DNA of 64,000 nucleotides from Camelus ferus (taxonomy: Eukaryota). Within the stretch, counting starts at the first letter, position 1, and each line of letters opens with the position of its first letter. Below, piece after piece: positions 62,166-64,000 of this stretch. Location of the stretch: positions 1,366,001 through 1,430,000 of the forward strand of contig NC_045697.1 in the NCBI RefSeq assembly GCF_009834535.1, given 5' to 3'. Below the pieces are notes generated by a model. It was not told where the DNA came from, did not search any database, and worked only from the letters and a program-made list of their open reading frames with translations. Both the position numbers and the translations under genes were made by a program.

Positions 62166-64000
62166 GTTTACACCCTCACAGCTGGTAGGAACGGGAGTGT
62201 TTGCTCAGTGCTGCCAGTGGGAAGTCCCCCAGTTCCAGAAGCAGCTGCCTTGGACGGTGTAGGCACCCAGCGTTGCCACCTGATGCCAGGAGATTGTGTC
62301 ATGACTCCAGGGAGGGTGGCGCCTGGGACGCTGCGCCCCCTTGCCACAGTGCCAGCTACGGCCTCGGGTAGGGAGTGTGCACGCCCCCGTGTGGCCCTTG
62401 AGGGGGGAGACCTGAGCTGGTCAGAGGACGTTTTGAGAAGCAGTTCTGGCTGGCCTGCTGAGATGCAAGGGTGCATCCCCGTGGGGGGGTCAGCCCGCGG
62501 ACCCGCACCCTGAGGACACCCTTGCCTCTCTCCAGGGCGCCTCTGTAGTGCCTTCTGATATGTTGTGCAGTTTGTGGAGTGGATGCAATGACACATTTGA
62601 CAGAGTTGGGCAGGTGGGAGGCTGGCGCTGCTGGGACTGTGGCTTGGCGGGGGTGAGTGGAGGTTGCCAGCAGCTGAGTCTTCCCCGTGGCCTTGGGGCT
62701 TTCTGGTCTTGGAGTTATCCTGGCTGTGCTTCAAACTTTAGAGTAGGGTTGCACTGAGAAGCTTCAAGACTTCTCTTAAAAAAAGCGAGGACAGGGAACT
62801 GTCTTGACAGATGAAGAGATTTAGACTCTCATCTCGGTTTGAAACTGCTGGGCTGCCCTGTTGTGTGTCTGTCCCTCATTCGCACCCCCCCCGCCAAAAG
62901 GAAAGGCAGCTGCTCTTGCTGAGCGGTTAAACTGTCCCCAACAGACTGGATGGATGCGCAGGGGAGACCTGGCTCCCAGACAGGAGGCAGTAATTTCTCT
63001 GGAGATCTGTTGGAACTTTCTGAGATAAGTTGGAGTAGTTTTAGCTGTAAGTGGTCCCTCCCTGGGCCTGATGAGTGTGTTTTCTCACGTACATACATAC
63101 ATACAACTTTGCTGCTGCTCCCTGCAGGCTCCCTGAGGTTCTGGAAAGATAGCTTAATTTGGTCCCTTGGCTGAAGCCTGCAGCCCAGTTGCTGACTAAC
63201 ACTTAGAAAAGTGGTGCCAGTCCTGTTTTCTCCAGCAATCAGTGCCCACCTGCGGTGTGCCAGGCTCGGGGGGATGGCCAGGATCCTGCTCACAAGGCCT
63301 TGTCTTCTGCCCTCGGAGAGACAATGGCGGCTTCTGCTGGGTGGCAGCCCAGCGCCATGGTGCCCCCTTCTGCTCCCTGCTTTTGTTTTGATGGCTGGAC
63401 TGCCCTCGCTACCTGGGCTTCTTCCTTGCGCTTTCCCACCTTCTTCCTGTTTCCCTGGGTGTGGGGAGCTTTTGTTTTGGACTTAACTTGTGCTCTTTTT
63501 TCTGTTGTTTATTTTAATAAATCCAAATGCCAGTTTTAAAGTTTACATTGAGCAATATACCTGAGGGTGAAATTCTCACTCTAAGCAGATCTACTTGGAA
63601 AACCTAATAGTTATTAACTCAGGACAAGGGGCATCTATTAGGTGACTTACAAGCTTAGGACTACCTCAGGCCGCGCCTGCAGGGGAGTGTGAAAATGAAC
63701 GTGTTTCAGCACTGCATTCCCCAAAAAGGCCATCACTGCTGCATCCCAGTGTATGTAGATCTTTGACTGTCACTACGTTTGTGACAGACTCTTCTCCAGA
63801 GAGGCTGCGACTGTCCCCGCGCCCGCCGGTGTTGGAGGCTCCTGTTCTCCCCCCCACACCACCCCTGTGCTTTTAGCCAGTCTGGTGGTCGCCCGGAGTT
63901 TCCCACGTGGTTTTGTGTTTTCCTGTTGCTGATGGGGTTGAACACCCTTTCGTCTTCAGTGGTGATTCATTTTCCTCTTTGGTGAATTGCCTGTTGGGAT

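Noticed and set aside
61705..64000. Further RNF4 exons (rest of SIM4, RING domain)
   Set aside because: No matching coding sequence with splice sites found; presumably beyond the window.

Overview
GC-rich mammalian genomic DNA, probably camelid, judged from three tRNA-derived SINEs resembling the camelid vic-1 type. It matches the ZFYVE28-CFAP99-RNF4 block (4p16.3 in human). It holds ZFYVE28 coding exon 1 on the minus strand (7308-7346) with intron 1 running off the left edge. A CpG-island bidirectional promoter carries an RFX X-box and two ZNF143-type motifs. A complete CFAP99 gene follows on the plus strand: 15 coding exons, 14251-39838, all introns GT-AG and phase-consistent, 1947 nt / 648 aa. 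RNF4 contributes its CpG-island promoter and first three coding exons (NLS and SUMO-interacting motifs) and continues past the right edge. The rest is intronic or intergenic DNA with L1, L2, MIR, MLT1, MER2, MER5A, MER53, SINEs and two same-family ERV LTRs. Repeat names come from recalled consensus resemblance, not a search. I found no convincing new multi-gene system. The best leads are a MER53-donated poly(A) signal for CFAP99, twin LTRs bracketing the CFAP99 3' end and RNF4 promoter, frame-preserving short CFAP99 introns, and an RNF4 uORF plus an internal strong-context Met.
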